Under the pieces are notes generated by a model, which did not search any database, was not told where the DNA came from, and saw only the letters and a program-made list of their open reading frames with translations. This document shows positions 39,185 to 51,200 of a stretch of 64,000 nucleotides of DNA, piece after piece. Source of the stretch: Amoebophrya sp. A120 (lineage: Eukaryota; Protista; Dinoflagellata); NCBI GenBank assembly GCA_905178155.1, contig CAJINV010000015.1, forward strand, positions 1,477,400-1,541,399. The letters run 5' to 3'. Every line of letters starts with the position of its first letter. Positions within the stretch are counted from its first letter, which is position 1. The translations under genes and the position numbers were made by a program.

Positions 39185-40100
39185 TCTTTATCGCAAAAAA
39201 ACAGTCATCAAACCGCCCCGTTCGTTCCAATCGTCCTTCACGCAGTCGTATGCAAAAACAATCTGAACCGGAACAAAGCTCTACGTCTACTCCGCCCGCA
39301 CTGCCGGCCCCGACAAAGATCCCACCCGCACGGGAGAGCGGCCACGATGCCCACGACCCCGTCCCAGCGGTGGAAACCCCCCTGCCGGACGCCCACGCTG
39401 CGTAAGCATATTACTTTGTTTTATGTAACGACGTGCAGGATCAAGAACAAAGGGATGTTATTTGAATTATAGGATCCTGCGCTGTTTTTTCCTGTGGATA
39501 TCAAGGACGCAGATTAAATACTTACGATGTTATCAAAAATCGCTGAGGTTCCTACACCTCTGGGGTTTGTGATAATGGGCTCCGGTTTTCTGGAGAAGGG
39601 CTCTTGAACAACAGGGACGTGTTCTACTTCACGGATTTTGAAAAATCAAGACGTTTGCTGGTTTCAGTTTCTGTCGGGGACTGAGGTAGTAGTTATCGTC
39701 CTCTCGTCGTAAAGGAGAAAAAGAAATCCAAAAAACGCGCGGACTTTTCGACTACATCCCGTTCTTCAACTCCTTCCCGTTTATCGCGAAAGCGAAGACG
39801 AAGTGTGTTTTCGTATATATCTTTTCGGATTCAGACTTAGACTTACAAACAGCGTCGAACAAACGTCAACGAAAGTGGCTAAGGTTGCCCGTGCATGAAC
39901 CGTCACGCGGCGCGAGCAGTTATTTCGTTTGATTTTCGTTGTTTGCGTAAACAGGTGTGAAGGGTCCTCCTCCTCCTCCTCTTATTTCGTTTGATTTTTT
40001 CATCGTCCTGGGTCATTGTCGTCCTTCTTCTCAGTCGTTCACCAGGTTGTCATTGTCATTTTAGTTTTTTTGTTTCTACTACTAAAATAACAGCAGGCGG

Positions 40101-40310
40101 TATCCGACGAAAAAAGTGTTACAGTTACACATTTGTAGTGAATTCAGCAACACAAATTTCTCTGCATGAGAGAGAAAACTTGTAATGCAGAAATCCTACG
40201 GGAAAACACCTATGAAACGAGGCTCCTATGCATATCCGGCATGACAGAGCTTGTCTGTCTTGCTTGGCCTGCAACACAATGTGTAACTGTAACACTTTTT
40301 TCTTGCGATA
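40101..40310. mobile_element. Introner, family C (duplicated copy)
   Basis: DR GGCGG/GGCGG. Confidence 0.9.
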
Positions 40311-40388
40311 GGCGGAGAATTGAGTCTTGATCGCAAAAAAACAGTCATCAAACCGCCCCGTTCGTTCCAATCGTCCTTCACGCAGTCG

Positions 40389-40638
40389 TACCAAATGTAA
40401 AAATGTCTGGGTCTGGAAGAATGCAACTTGTAATGCGTATTTCAGAACACAGAAAAGTCTCTCATGCATACGCAGCAAAAGCTCCCACTTTTTGCCAGCA
40501 AAATAGGGGACCTGTCATGCGGATTCGGCATTGCGGAAGGTTCTCGAAACCTGTGATGCTAGAGCTTCCATGCCAGACCTTCTGTGTCATGCAAAAACAG
40601 CATGACTCTTCCAGACCCAGACATTTTTACATTTGATA
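40389..40638. mobile_element. Introner, family A, with empty paralogous sites
   Basis: DR AGTCG/AGTCG; single AGTCG at 36315-36319 and 39244-39248. Confidence 0.92.
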
Positions 40639-40726
40639 AGTCGTATGCAGTCCTAATCATCTTGCTTCTGTTACTGTTTTCACCTTTGATATGCCAGTTG
40701 CTGAGCAACTACAACACATAGACAAT

Positions 40727-41933
40727 CGCGAACGGCTTTGCCGTTCGCGATACGTGTCTTTGCCGTTCGCGATACGTGTGGATAGATGCTCATCCATCGC
40801 AAACGCAGCGCGAAGGCTTTGCCGTTACCATATGGGAGGAACTCGGGGGTATGCAACCACTGGCAAAGTCGGGCATTATCAAGTGTGTTTTGCCTTCAGA
40901 AAGCGGATCGGGCAGAATTTGTGGGAATTTTCCCGAAAGCAACCAAAACAGCAATTACCAAGTGGGAAAAGGGTAAAAAATAGCAGTTTTGCAGCTCCGC
41001 CCGGTCTGAATCTGAAAAAAGATTGTGGCATTTTCGGCAAGGGCCGGTGGTGTGATGCGTTTTATAGCGGAAAATGCGTCACCTCCGGGCAGCTCCAGCC
41101 GCTTGAAAATTGAAAAAAAACGTTGAAAAAATGCAATTTTTCGCAGCATACAAGCGGCCGACAAAATTTACCAAATTCGTGCATGTCGCGGAAACCGCTT
41201 GAAAATTGAAAAAAACTACGGAAAAAGTTACTTTTTTCGCAGCGTGGAAGCGGCCGGGAGAAAGCGCGGATTTTCTGCATGGCGCACTGGCCGCTTGGTA
41301 ATTCAAAATGACATTTTTTTGTGAAAAAGCAGAAGCCGCTTGAAAATTGCCGCTCAAAAGGGGTTCGCAAATTTGTCCGGAGGCCCGTGGCACCGGGATT
41401 GGACGAAGAGAAACCAATTATCAAGCCTGTGGAGGTGTGTCACACGGGCACGGTTTTCGGCCTCTCTGAGGTCGCAAACTGGAACCCTTCCCCCGCTTGG
41501 AAAAGCCCGATCTGGGTGGCCCAAAATGCCAGCCGATACTGAACAGAAGTGCGCCACTTTTTGGAATTCATGCATTTTGCCTTCCTGGCCAGGAGGCCAG
41601 TTTGGTATGCAGGGGGCTAGAAAGGATGCCCCGCTGCGAAATAGCAGACCGGATTTCGCCTGCAATGCTTATCGCAGGAGCCTGCGGGCCGCCGCGGGCT
41701 CCACCACTTCCCCGCGATAAGCTTTGAATGCGAATCCGGGAGCCCCCGACGACCCGCGATAGTGGGAATCTAGAAATTAAGAATAAATGGGGCTTCTTCT
41801 CGTTTGCGGCGGCGGCCGCGCGGGCCGCGTCGATGTTAGAAGAAGGTTGGTGGGCCTTCGCGCTGCTTAGATTTTCGCGCACGCATTTGGTTACCAATAT
41901 CGCCCTCCGGGCGCGACCTTAATATTTCACGGA
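40727..41933. repeat. GC-rich repetitive insert flanked by a 34-bp direct repeat
   Basis: GCCAGTTGCTGAGCAACTACAACACATAGACAAT at 40693-40726 and 41934-41967; internal CCGCTTGAAAATTG repeats. Confidence 0.7.
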
Positions 41934-42236
41934 GCCAGTTGCTGAGCAACTACAACACATAGACAATTGTGTACTTCTTACAACCTCAGGAGCAGATGCG
42001 CGAGGAAAAATCCCTTGTTTTCAAATTCGCTTCAGTAAAAATTTTATAGTACTTCTTCCTCTAGTTGTACCGATGCAAGAACTTTTATTCCAATTTTGCG
42101 CCGCGTGATTTTTGGACCCGTTATCTTTCGTGGTGGAGGAGCGAACCCTCCGACACTAGTGGAACAAGCAGAGAAAGAAGTTTAATACCGGAACGGACGG
42201 TATTACCGTCCGTTGTTGACCCCAGCATCAACCGCA

Positions 42237-45200
42237 ATGTCGTCGTCGCGAAAAATGAAGATTTTTTCTGTTTTTCTCCTCGTCCTCCAACTCCAAGCGG
42301 CCTCCAGTGCGGTCGTACTCAAAAAGTCGGTGGACGTGGAGACGAAAGATCGCCTTTTGTCAATACAAGGGTGAAAAACGTATTCGCTTTCAAAATTCAA
42401 ATTTTTTTGAAGCCCCCTTGCAGCATCCGGCCCGACTGTCCTCATCCGCGTCACCCGGCTCAGTGGCCCCACAACAAGATCACAGCAAACAAACAAATCC
42501 GGCCCCCCAAATCCTCATCCACAGCATGACAAACAAGGTTGGAGGTCGGCCCACCGTCACAAGTCCCATCACGCAACAGCTAGCAATGAAATATCTGAGA
42601 ACTCCATAGCACAACCAGGAGCGTGGGATGTCTTGGGCTGCGATTTCGAAGGAGCCGGCGGGCTGGGCAGATCAGGCAAGCTGGCGCGTCACCCGAGGGG
42701 GCACTGCGATTACGACCTGGGACGGCGCCACCATCCGCAAGCACTTCCAACACAACAGAAGCCGGGACTGGTATTTTTTCAGAGCGATAGGCTGTGGCAG
42801 GTTTTCCGTTCCTAGGTTTCTTTCATGCGCTGACGATCGAGAGGCGGCTCTACTACATGCTCATCACGCAGTCAAATCTCATAAATTATCTCCAAAGGTA
42901 TATCATCCTCCGCAAGCGCACGGGCGAGGGGGCGGACATGGACGTAGACGAGGAGTACGGCGTCTTCCTGCAGCAGCCAGCCCCGCAGGAGCGAGCACCG
43001 CAGCAGCCAGCACCGCAGCAGGCCGCGGCACCCCCAGGGCGAAGCAGGAAGCGACCCTCCGTTCATTTTGAAGAAGAAGAGCCTACCGCAGCAGCTGCAG
43101 CACAGAGCGGGGCGATATCTAGTGCAAATGTGTCTGGGTCTGGAAGAGTGGGATTTGTTATGTGTGTCTTGCATTCCTGAAAAAGAGTCTCTGTTGCATG
43201 ACCAGCAAAACAGGCTCAGCTGTCTTTGTCATGCAAAAACGCAATTTGTAGTGTGCGTGTGTGTGTGTGTGTGTGGCACGGCACGGAAGCAACTCAGTCA
43301 TCCTCATCCGCTATGCAACATAACAAGCTTCCAGACCCAGACGCATTTGCAATGCATATGCGAACAACACTAACAACTTGGGGCCGTTCCGGTTCTCGCG
43401 CGACATTGACATGCTCGACGTACTCAAAAAGTCGGTGGACGTGGAGACGAAAGATCGCCTTTTGTCAAAACTGCAGCGCCACCGGCGGAACAACTCCGTC
43501 GATACCGCGGGCAGAAACGAGAAGACGAGCAGTTATGTTGAAGCACTTCATCCGAGTATCAACTTCAACCGGCGAGGACCACCAAGACCAAGTTCCACAA
43601 CAACGGGGGGAAAAATGCAAATGAAATTATCCGACTTTTTGTCCTCGTCTCCGGGCGCCGGGGAACTGCAGGATGGGAATGAAGAAACTAGTGGTGCAAT
43701 GAAGCAGCAAAAACTACCAGCCTCACTTTTGCAAAGGAAGATCAAGAAGGCAGGCCACGTGCCGAAAATGTTGCTCAGGGACTATAAAAATTTGTCGGGA
43801 GCAGCATCTTCGCGAACGTCTTCGGAGGAAAACTGGAAGGTTTCTAGAAAACCAGAAGCGCAACAAGAAAACTTGATGCACAACAAGAAGTTGCGCCGGA
43901 CTACGACGAGGCGCCTGACCACTGCCGGGCGGAAAAAGGAAGAGGAAACTGAGAATGGAACTGCAGCATCAGCACAGCTCCAGGAAAAAGAGCAAGAGCA
44001 GGAACAAAAGCGTGCTGAGCAGCCGGAGTGGGGGGTTGGGGCTCGAGCCGCAGCTGCATTTCCTACAACTGGGTCGTCACCCACTGGTGTTAGAAGTACT
44101 TCTACTTTCACCCGCGGCCAACAGCAACGATCTGGGCAAAACACTGCGTTCACAGGCACGACGGAGGACGACGTTTCGTCGTGTGGGGGCTCGGGGACTG
44201 GCTCACAGGATCCAGGTACTGATTTAAATTTGGGTTATTCTACTAATTTATTCTTGTACTCCTTTGTTCTTGTCACCACAGAACGCCTTTGCCGAAGATA
44301 GATGAAAGCAAAGTCCGCCCAGGATGATTTACTAGTGGACGCAGTCACAGTAACACTAGGACTGGGAGCTGAAAGTAGAGCGAGGACTACGAGAAACACC
44401 AACACCAACACAAACGACATACTAGTACCACGACCCCTTGTCTAGTGTTTTCTTTTTAAGGCTTCTACACCTACTGAACTGCGAGGCCACAAGCGCGTCT
44501 CCATACCTCAACATGCATGCTTTGAACAGGTACTGGTACACCAGTCACCCCCACTTATGGAGGGCTAGGAACTTCTTCCGACACTCCGGGACCCGGATTT
44601 CCTACTACCACCGCTGCGCCCGGGCTAGCTACTAGCTCTTCGGGTAGTAGTACGACGACGGGGGATCCGCGGCCCACTCTGGACCATCTCCCGTGGGAGG
44701 ACGGAACCCTGACCGCGTACTGGGACTGTGCCACCATGGTATCCATTGCAAATATCCCTGGATGTCTGGAAGAGTGTAAACTTGTCATGCAGGTTTTCCA
44801 TGACTCGTGAGGCCTGGAATGTGGGATTTAGCATGACAGACGTTCTGTGAGATCCCTATCATGCCTATCCTGCATGAGAAACTCCGTCCAAACTTGGTCG
44901 AAAGTGGACAGCTTTTGGCACTCATGCAACACAGATTTCTGCATAATTCGGATTTGGCATGACAACTTTCAATCTTCCAGACATCCAGGGATTTTTGCAA
45001 TCCATACATGGGCTGGGAGTGCAACAACCAGGACGCGTCGACGCGCAGCATGCCCTACGTCCCGACGGACGCCGAGAGAACCAGCGAGTACAAGGAGGAT
45101 CTGTGGGTCACCGGGGCTGCTTCCGACGTGATGCGCGACCGCGGGCCCGGCAAGAAGTGCTACCTCATCCGGGGCGTGGAATCGAATCCCGACTTTCGCG

Positions 45201-48200
45201 TCATCTATGAGAGTGCACAGGAACTCTCCCTCGCCCTCATTCGTATTCGGATGAGCAGCAACAGAAACACAAGCGCACTACATTGAGCCTGCGCATGACA
45301 AGTTCATCTTGCGCGTCGTGTATTACTGTGATAGGCTTCCAGAATCTGTCATGCAAACGGTGCCACAACAAGGCAGCGCGTGGATTTTGGCTCTTGTACG
45401 ACAAATGAGGGAGAGGGGGAGTTGTGCACTGTCATATCATCGCGATGCTCACCAACTCGTGCCCGGGGCAGTTCAACGCGGCGTGCCAGTATCGTCAGAA
45501 ACAAATGCCTCGGTCTCAAACTGTAATTATGCGCAACTTCCTGTTCCTCGAGACAGATAGTTTTTTTATTTGTCATCATGCTGCTCGACGTGCAAGAAAG
45601 TCGTCTTTCGTATGTGTTTTCCCATGTGTCTGACGCAAAATCACGACAGGTTTATTTCCGTGTCAACGTGATTCTGAGCAAATTTATATGTATTGCTGTG
45701 CCTGCAAAAGCAAAGCAGGGTTGAGTAGACTGATACACTTTTTTTCTTGCGATAGCCAGCGCCCGAAAACGCACATCGACGTCGCCGCGCCGGGATGGGA
45801 CAACCACAAGTTCTCCGCTGCGCAGCGCTGTGCAGAGCCGGGGAAGCTCGGGCACAAGGAATCGGGAGCAATCAACAATTGGTGCATATTTTAGTACTTT
45901 AGTATCACATAATTATAATTATAATAATAGTGAAACGGGTTTTGCCTCCCCCTTTGCTATAATCTATAGGAGGCACTTAGAAAAATAATTCTAAACGAAT
46001 GTGCTTAGAAGGTCTCGTCTAGAAGCTTCGTGTAACAGATTGAGCGCGTTCCCATTATCTGTGCCCCGTACCGTCGTGCAAAGTGTTATCCTGCACGCCC
46101 TGACGAGCATGTGAAAGAATGCCAACACCTTAAACAAAGCAAAGCCACGGATCCCGTGGCAGTATGGGGGCCATCACTTTCCGGCCCGCCGGGCAAGAGC
46201 GAGGGCCAGGAGCCCCCTGGCCATCGCTTTCCGGCCGAGCAGACGTTGTTTCCTGTCTCTCCGGGCAAAAATGACGGCCAGGAGCTCCTTGGCCATCCAT
46301 GGCCTTCCGCCCGGGCAAGCAAGGTGATGGCCACCCAGCAGCAGCGCCTCGGCCACTACTTTTGGTGGCCATCGCTTTGCTTCCGGTGGGTCGGGCAAAA
46401 GAGATGGCCAAGAGCTCGTCGGCCACCACTTTCCGCTGGCTCGGACATGATAAGTCATGGCCGAGGGCCCCTTGGCCATGCCTTTCCGGTCGGGCAAAAA
46501 TGATGGCTAAGGGCTCCCGCCTGGCCATCAATTTTGGCCATCACTTCCCGGCCCGCCGGGCAAAAGTGATGGCCAAGGGCAGGAGTTCCTGGGCCATGCA
46601 TCATTTTCCGGTCGGGCCCTTGGTCACTATTTTGACTTTCCGGCCGGGCAAAAATGGTGGGCAAGAGCTCCTCTGGTGCCATCATTTTCCGGCCGGGTAA
46701 AGTGGTGGCCAGGGGCCCCTGAGCCTTCACTTCCCGGCCGGGCAAAAGTGATGGCCGAGAGCTCCCTGGCCATCGCCTTCCGTTCGGGCAAAAGTCCTCG
46801 CCAAGAGCCCGCTGGCCACCGCTTTCCGGGGGGTCGCTCGGGCTGAAGTAATGGCCAAGAGCTCCCTGGCTATCACTTTGGGCGGGCAAATTGTGAAAAC
46901 CGGCCTCAAGTCCGAATCCCCCTGCTGCCGTCGGGATGCTGTCGCGAAAGCCTTCGTGACAGCATCCGGACGACAACAGGGGGGCTCGGGCCTGAAAGCG
47001 GTTTCCACAACTTGCAGCCCAAGCGCGAGAACCATTCTCAACCTCGAGCCCCCCCTGTTGTCGTCAGGATACTGTCGCGAAAGGCTTCGCGACAGTATCC
47101 TGACGACAACAGGGGGACTCGGACTCGACAGTGGTTCTCACAACTTGCCGCCCAAATGCGAGCACCACTCTCACCCCCGAGCCCTTCGCGACAGTATCCT
47201 GACGACAGCAGGGGGACTCGGACTGGAAAAATGGGAAGGCCATTTTTTCGAGTCCGAATCCCCCTGCTATCGTCAGGATACTGTCGCGAAACATATCCTG
47301 ACGACAGCGCGGGGCCTCGAGCTTGAAGCAGGTTTTTTTCGAGAAGCGAAGCCCTTTATTTTCAAGCGCTGGCAAAACCAAAAGGAAAAGTGATGGCGAA
47401 GAGCTCCCTGGGCGTCGCCTTTCGGCCGGGCGCAAGTGATGGCCAAGAGCTCCCTGGCCGTCAAAGTGGCCATCGCTTCGCGGCCGGGCAAAGGTGATGG
47501 CCAAGAGCTCCGCGGCCATCGCTTTTCGTTCGGGCAAAAGCGAGTTTGGCCATCGCTTTCCGGTCGGACGGGCAAGAGCGATGGCCAAGAACTCCGCGGC
47601 CATCACTTTTTGCCATCGCTTTCTGGTCGGGCAAAAGTGATGGCCAGAAGCTCCCTGGCCATCACTTTTCGGCCGGGCAAAGAAAAACGATCGCGACCGC
47701 TCCTTGGCCATCACTTTTGCCCGTCACTTTTGCCCATCACTTTCCGGGCGGGCAAAAGTGGTGGCCAAGGGCTCCGTCCTTGGCAATTATTGCCCAGCGC
47801 TTTCCTGTCGGGCAAAAGTGATGGCCAGTAGTTCCGTTGCCGCCGCTTTTCGCCCGGGCATGCAAAAGTCCTCGGCCATCACTTCTGGCCATCGCTTTCC
47901 GGTCGGGCAAAAGTGATGGCCGAGAGCTCCCTGCTCATCCATTTCCGGTCGGGCAAAAATGATGGCCAAGAGCTCCGTGGCCAAGCAACCGTCGACCTTC
48001 ACTCTTTGGCCATCATTTTCATTCCGGGCGGGCAAAAGTGGTGGCCAAGAGCTCCTTGCCCGGGCCATCACTTTTGGCCATCGCCTTCCGGTCGGGCAAA
48101 AGTGATGGCCAAGAGCTCCCTGTCTGGCCGTCATTTTCGGCCATCAGCCAATTTCTTCCCGTGCGGGCAAAAGTGTTGGCCAAGACCTCCGCGGCCACCA

Positions 48201-51200
48201 CTTTCGGGGGCGCGCAAAAGTGTTGCCCGGCCGGAACGAAAGAGGTGGCAACAAGTGACTGCCGGGAAGCTCTTGGCCATCACTTTTGCCCATCGCTTTC
48301 CGGTCGGGCAGCCGGGCAAGAGTGATGGGCAAGAGCTTCCAGGCAATCACTTTTTGCCACCTCTTTTGTTCCGGCCGGGCACGCTTTTGCTTTCCGGCTT
48401 CCTTCACTTTTCTCGCGCACGCTTTTGCCTCTCGGCTTCTGGTGCATGGTATGGGCGGGGGGGCGCGAGGCAAAACCGCGCGAACAAGCCCCCGGAGGTG
48501 TGAGGCTCATCCCCATCAAGGGGCGGGGGTTTTGTTTGCGCCTACCGCCGAAGCCGCCCCAGAATAAGCTTCGCAACCGGCCCCCTTCGCTTTGCTTGCC
48601 GCGTGCGGCTAAAGGGCTGATGGCGGGCCGGCGTCCTGGACGCCGGACCGCAAAAGGCGTCAAAGCGGCGATGCCGCTAGGGCAAGCGCAGGCGCGGCAA
48701 CGCGGCTAAAGGGCTGACGGCGGGCCGGCGTCCGGGACGCCGGACCCGGACCGCAAAAGACGTTAAAGCGGCGAGGCCGCTAGGGCAAGCGCAGGCGCGG
48801 CAACGACCTTCCTCGGGGCAGACAGCGTTATGCTTTTCAACCTTCTAGCCGCCTTCTACTCGACTCCAAGCCAAACCTTCTAAACGGAGTGCGTCGCACT
48901 CCCGTCTTTAGAATTATTTTTAAATCTACTAGCCCAGCGGGCGTCCGGGACGCCCGCGTCAAGAGGCTAGTAATAATAGCGAAATGAGTTTTGCCTCCCC
49001 CTTTGCTATAATCTATAGGAGGCGCTTAATTCTAAACAAATGCGCTTAGACGGCTCCTTCTAGAGGCAATGTGTAACAGATTGGGCCTTTCCATTTTTCC
49101 TGTTCGCCATACCATCGCGCAGAATATTACTCCGCATGGTATGGCGCACAGAGATGGCACGCATTTCATGGCATCGTGGGGACCAAAAACCCTGCCGCGA
49201 ACTCCTGGGCCATCACTTTCCGGTCGGGCCGGGCAAAAGTGATGGCCAAGAGCTCGCTGGCCATCACTTTCCGGCCCGTCGGGCCAAAGTGATGGCCAAG
49301 AGCTTCTCCTGACCCGTCTATCACTTTCCAGTCGGACAAACAACGAAATAATGGCCCAGTGTTCCTTGGCCATCCCCATCTCTTCGACTTCCCGGCCGGG
49401 CAAAAGTGATGGCCGAGAGCTTCTGGGCCATCGCTTTTGGCCATCATTTTTCCGGCTGCCCGAACAAGAGTGATGGCCGTGAGCTCCTCCTGGGCCATCA
49501 CTTATTTCCGGTCGGGCAAAAGTTCCTCGGCCATCACTTTGCGATCGGTTCGGGCAAAAGTGGTAGCCGCGAGCTCCTTGGCCATCACTTTTGGCCATCG
49601 CCTCTCGTTCGGGCAAAACATCACTGTCCGGCCGAGGCACGCAAAATCGATGGGTGGCCAGGAACTCCTCGGCCATCGTTTTCCGGCCGGGCGAAAGTGG
49701 TGGCCAAGAGCTCCGGGGCCATCGCTTTGTTTCGCTAGCTCGCTCGGGCAAAAGTAATGGCCGAGAACTCCCCGGCCATCAGTTTTCGCTCGCCTCGGGC
49801 AAAAGTGACGCACGGTCAACAGCTCGCTGGCCACCGTTTTAATTTCGGCCCGTCGGGCAAAAGTGATGGTCACGAGCTTCGTGGGCACCCCTTTTGGCTC
49901 GGGAAATAGTGATGGCCCGAAACTCCTTAGCCATCACTTTTGGCCACCACTTTCCGGGCGGGCAAAAGTGATGGTCAGCGGGCCGCCAAAGCCGCCCCAA
50001 AATGGGCTTGGCGGCTGGCCCCCCTTTGCTTCGCTTTGCTTGCCGGGCGCGCAAAAGGGGCTGACGCCGGGCCGGCGTCCTGGACGCCGGACCGCAAAAG
50101 CGCTAAAGCGGCGAGGCCGCTAGGGCAAGCGCAGGCAGGCCAAGGCGCACCAACCTCCCTCGAGGCAGCCCATGCATAAAGCAAAACCGCACCAGTCCGA
50201 GTCCCGCGGGCGGGTTGGACGGTCGTGCCTGGCTCCGTGTACTCCTCGTTGTGCTTTTGCCTCCTCTTCCTCTTGTGGTGCCTCCTCCCCCTTTTTCTGA
50301 GGCGAATTCTGGGGCCTTTTGTGCCTGTTTCTGTCTGTGCCAGCCATGCCTTCATCTTCTAACCAGCCAAAATAGCGCGAGCGATGCGCGCTCCATGTGT
50401 AGCATTATTTTTCAAGCTACTAGCCCAGCGGGCGTCCGGGACGCCCGCGTCAAGAGGCTAGTAATAATATTAATTCATGTCGTTAGGGTGCATTCTTAAT
50501 AAAAATGCACATGTCATCTGAGAGGACTTCCAGATGCAGATCAAGCTCCTGGACTACACAGCGACATCTTCGAGCTCCTGTGGAGCACTGCAATTGTGAA
50601 ATATTAACCCACGAGGCTACTAGAAGAACCTTGCTCTCAAACTTAAACTCAAACTCAACAAATGTCAGGATCATGAATCCGGACGACGACGGGTGGAAGT
50701 ATGGAAATCCTCCGGGGCAGTTGACTTGGGCCGGGTGGGGCAGGCCGAAGGAGGAGCGCACCACCTTTTTCATATCAAATGCAAAAATGTCTGGGTCTGG
50801 AAGGTGGTAACTTGTGATGCTGAATCTGCATCATGCTAAAATCTGTGTTGCATGAGTGCCAACAGCTGTCCACTTTGGACCAAGTTGGGAGGTTTTTTCT
50901 CATGCAGGATAGGCATGTTAGAGATCTCTCAGATTTTGTCATGCTAGGTCCGGCATTCCAGACCTCATGGGTCATGGAAAATCTGCATGACAAGTTGCAA
51001 CCTTCCAGACCCAGACATTTTTGCACTTGATATTTCAGAGACCGTTGCAAAGAGCTGAAGAACGGGTACGACCTATCAAAAGGAAAAATTCCCCCTCCCC
51101 ATATCGAAAAGGCATCCTTTTGAAAATTTGTGTTGCTGATTTGTGGTCACAAATCAGGTTTGTCTTGCAAGAGAGCAAAGCCAGAGCTTTCGCCGCTTCG

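Larger units (their letters stand above)
35840..40650 (+). repeat. Local segmental duplication, ~3 copies of a ~1-2 kb unit (near-identical 37251-38318 vs 39317-40383; related 35840-36415)
   Basis: Long near-identical blocks, each carrying the same family C introner. Confidence 0.9.

Noticed and set aside
46086-50355. Dense overlapping ORFs on both strands
   Set aside because: Artefact of a stop-poor GC-rich palindromic satellite
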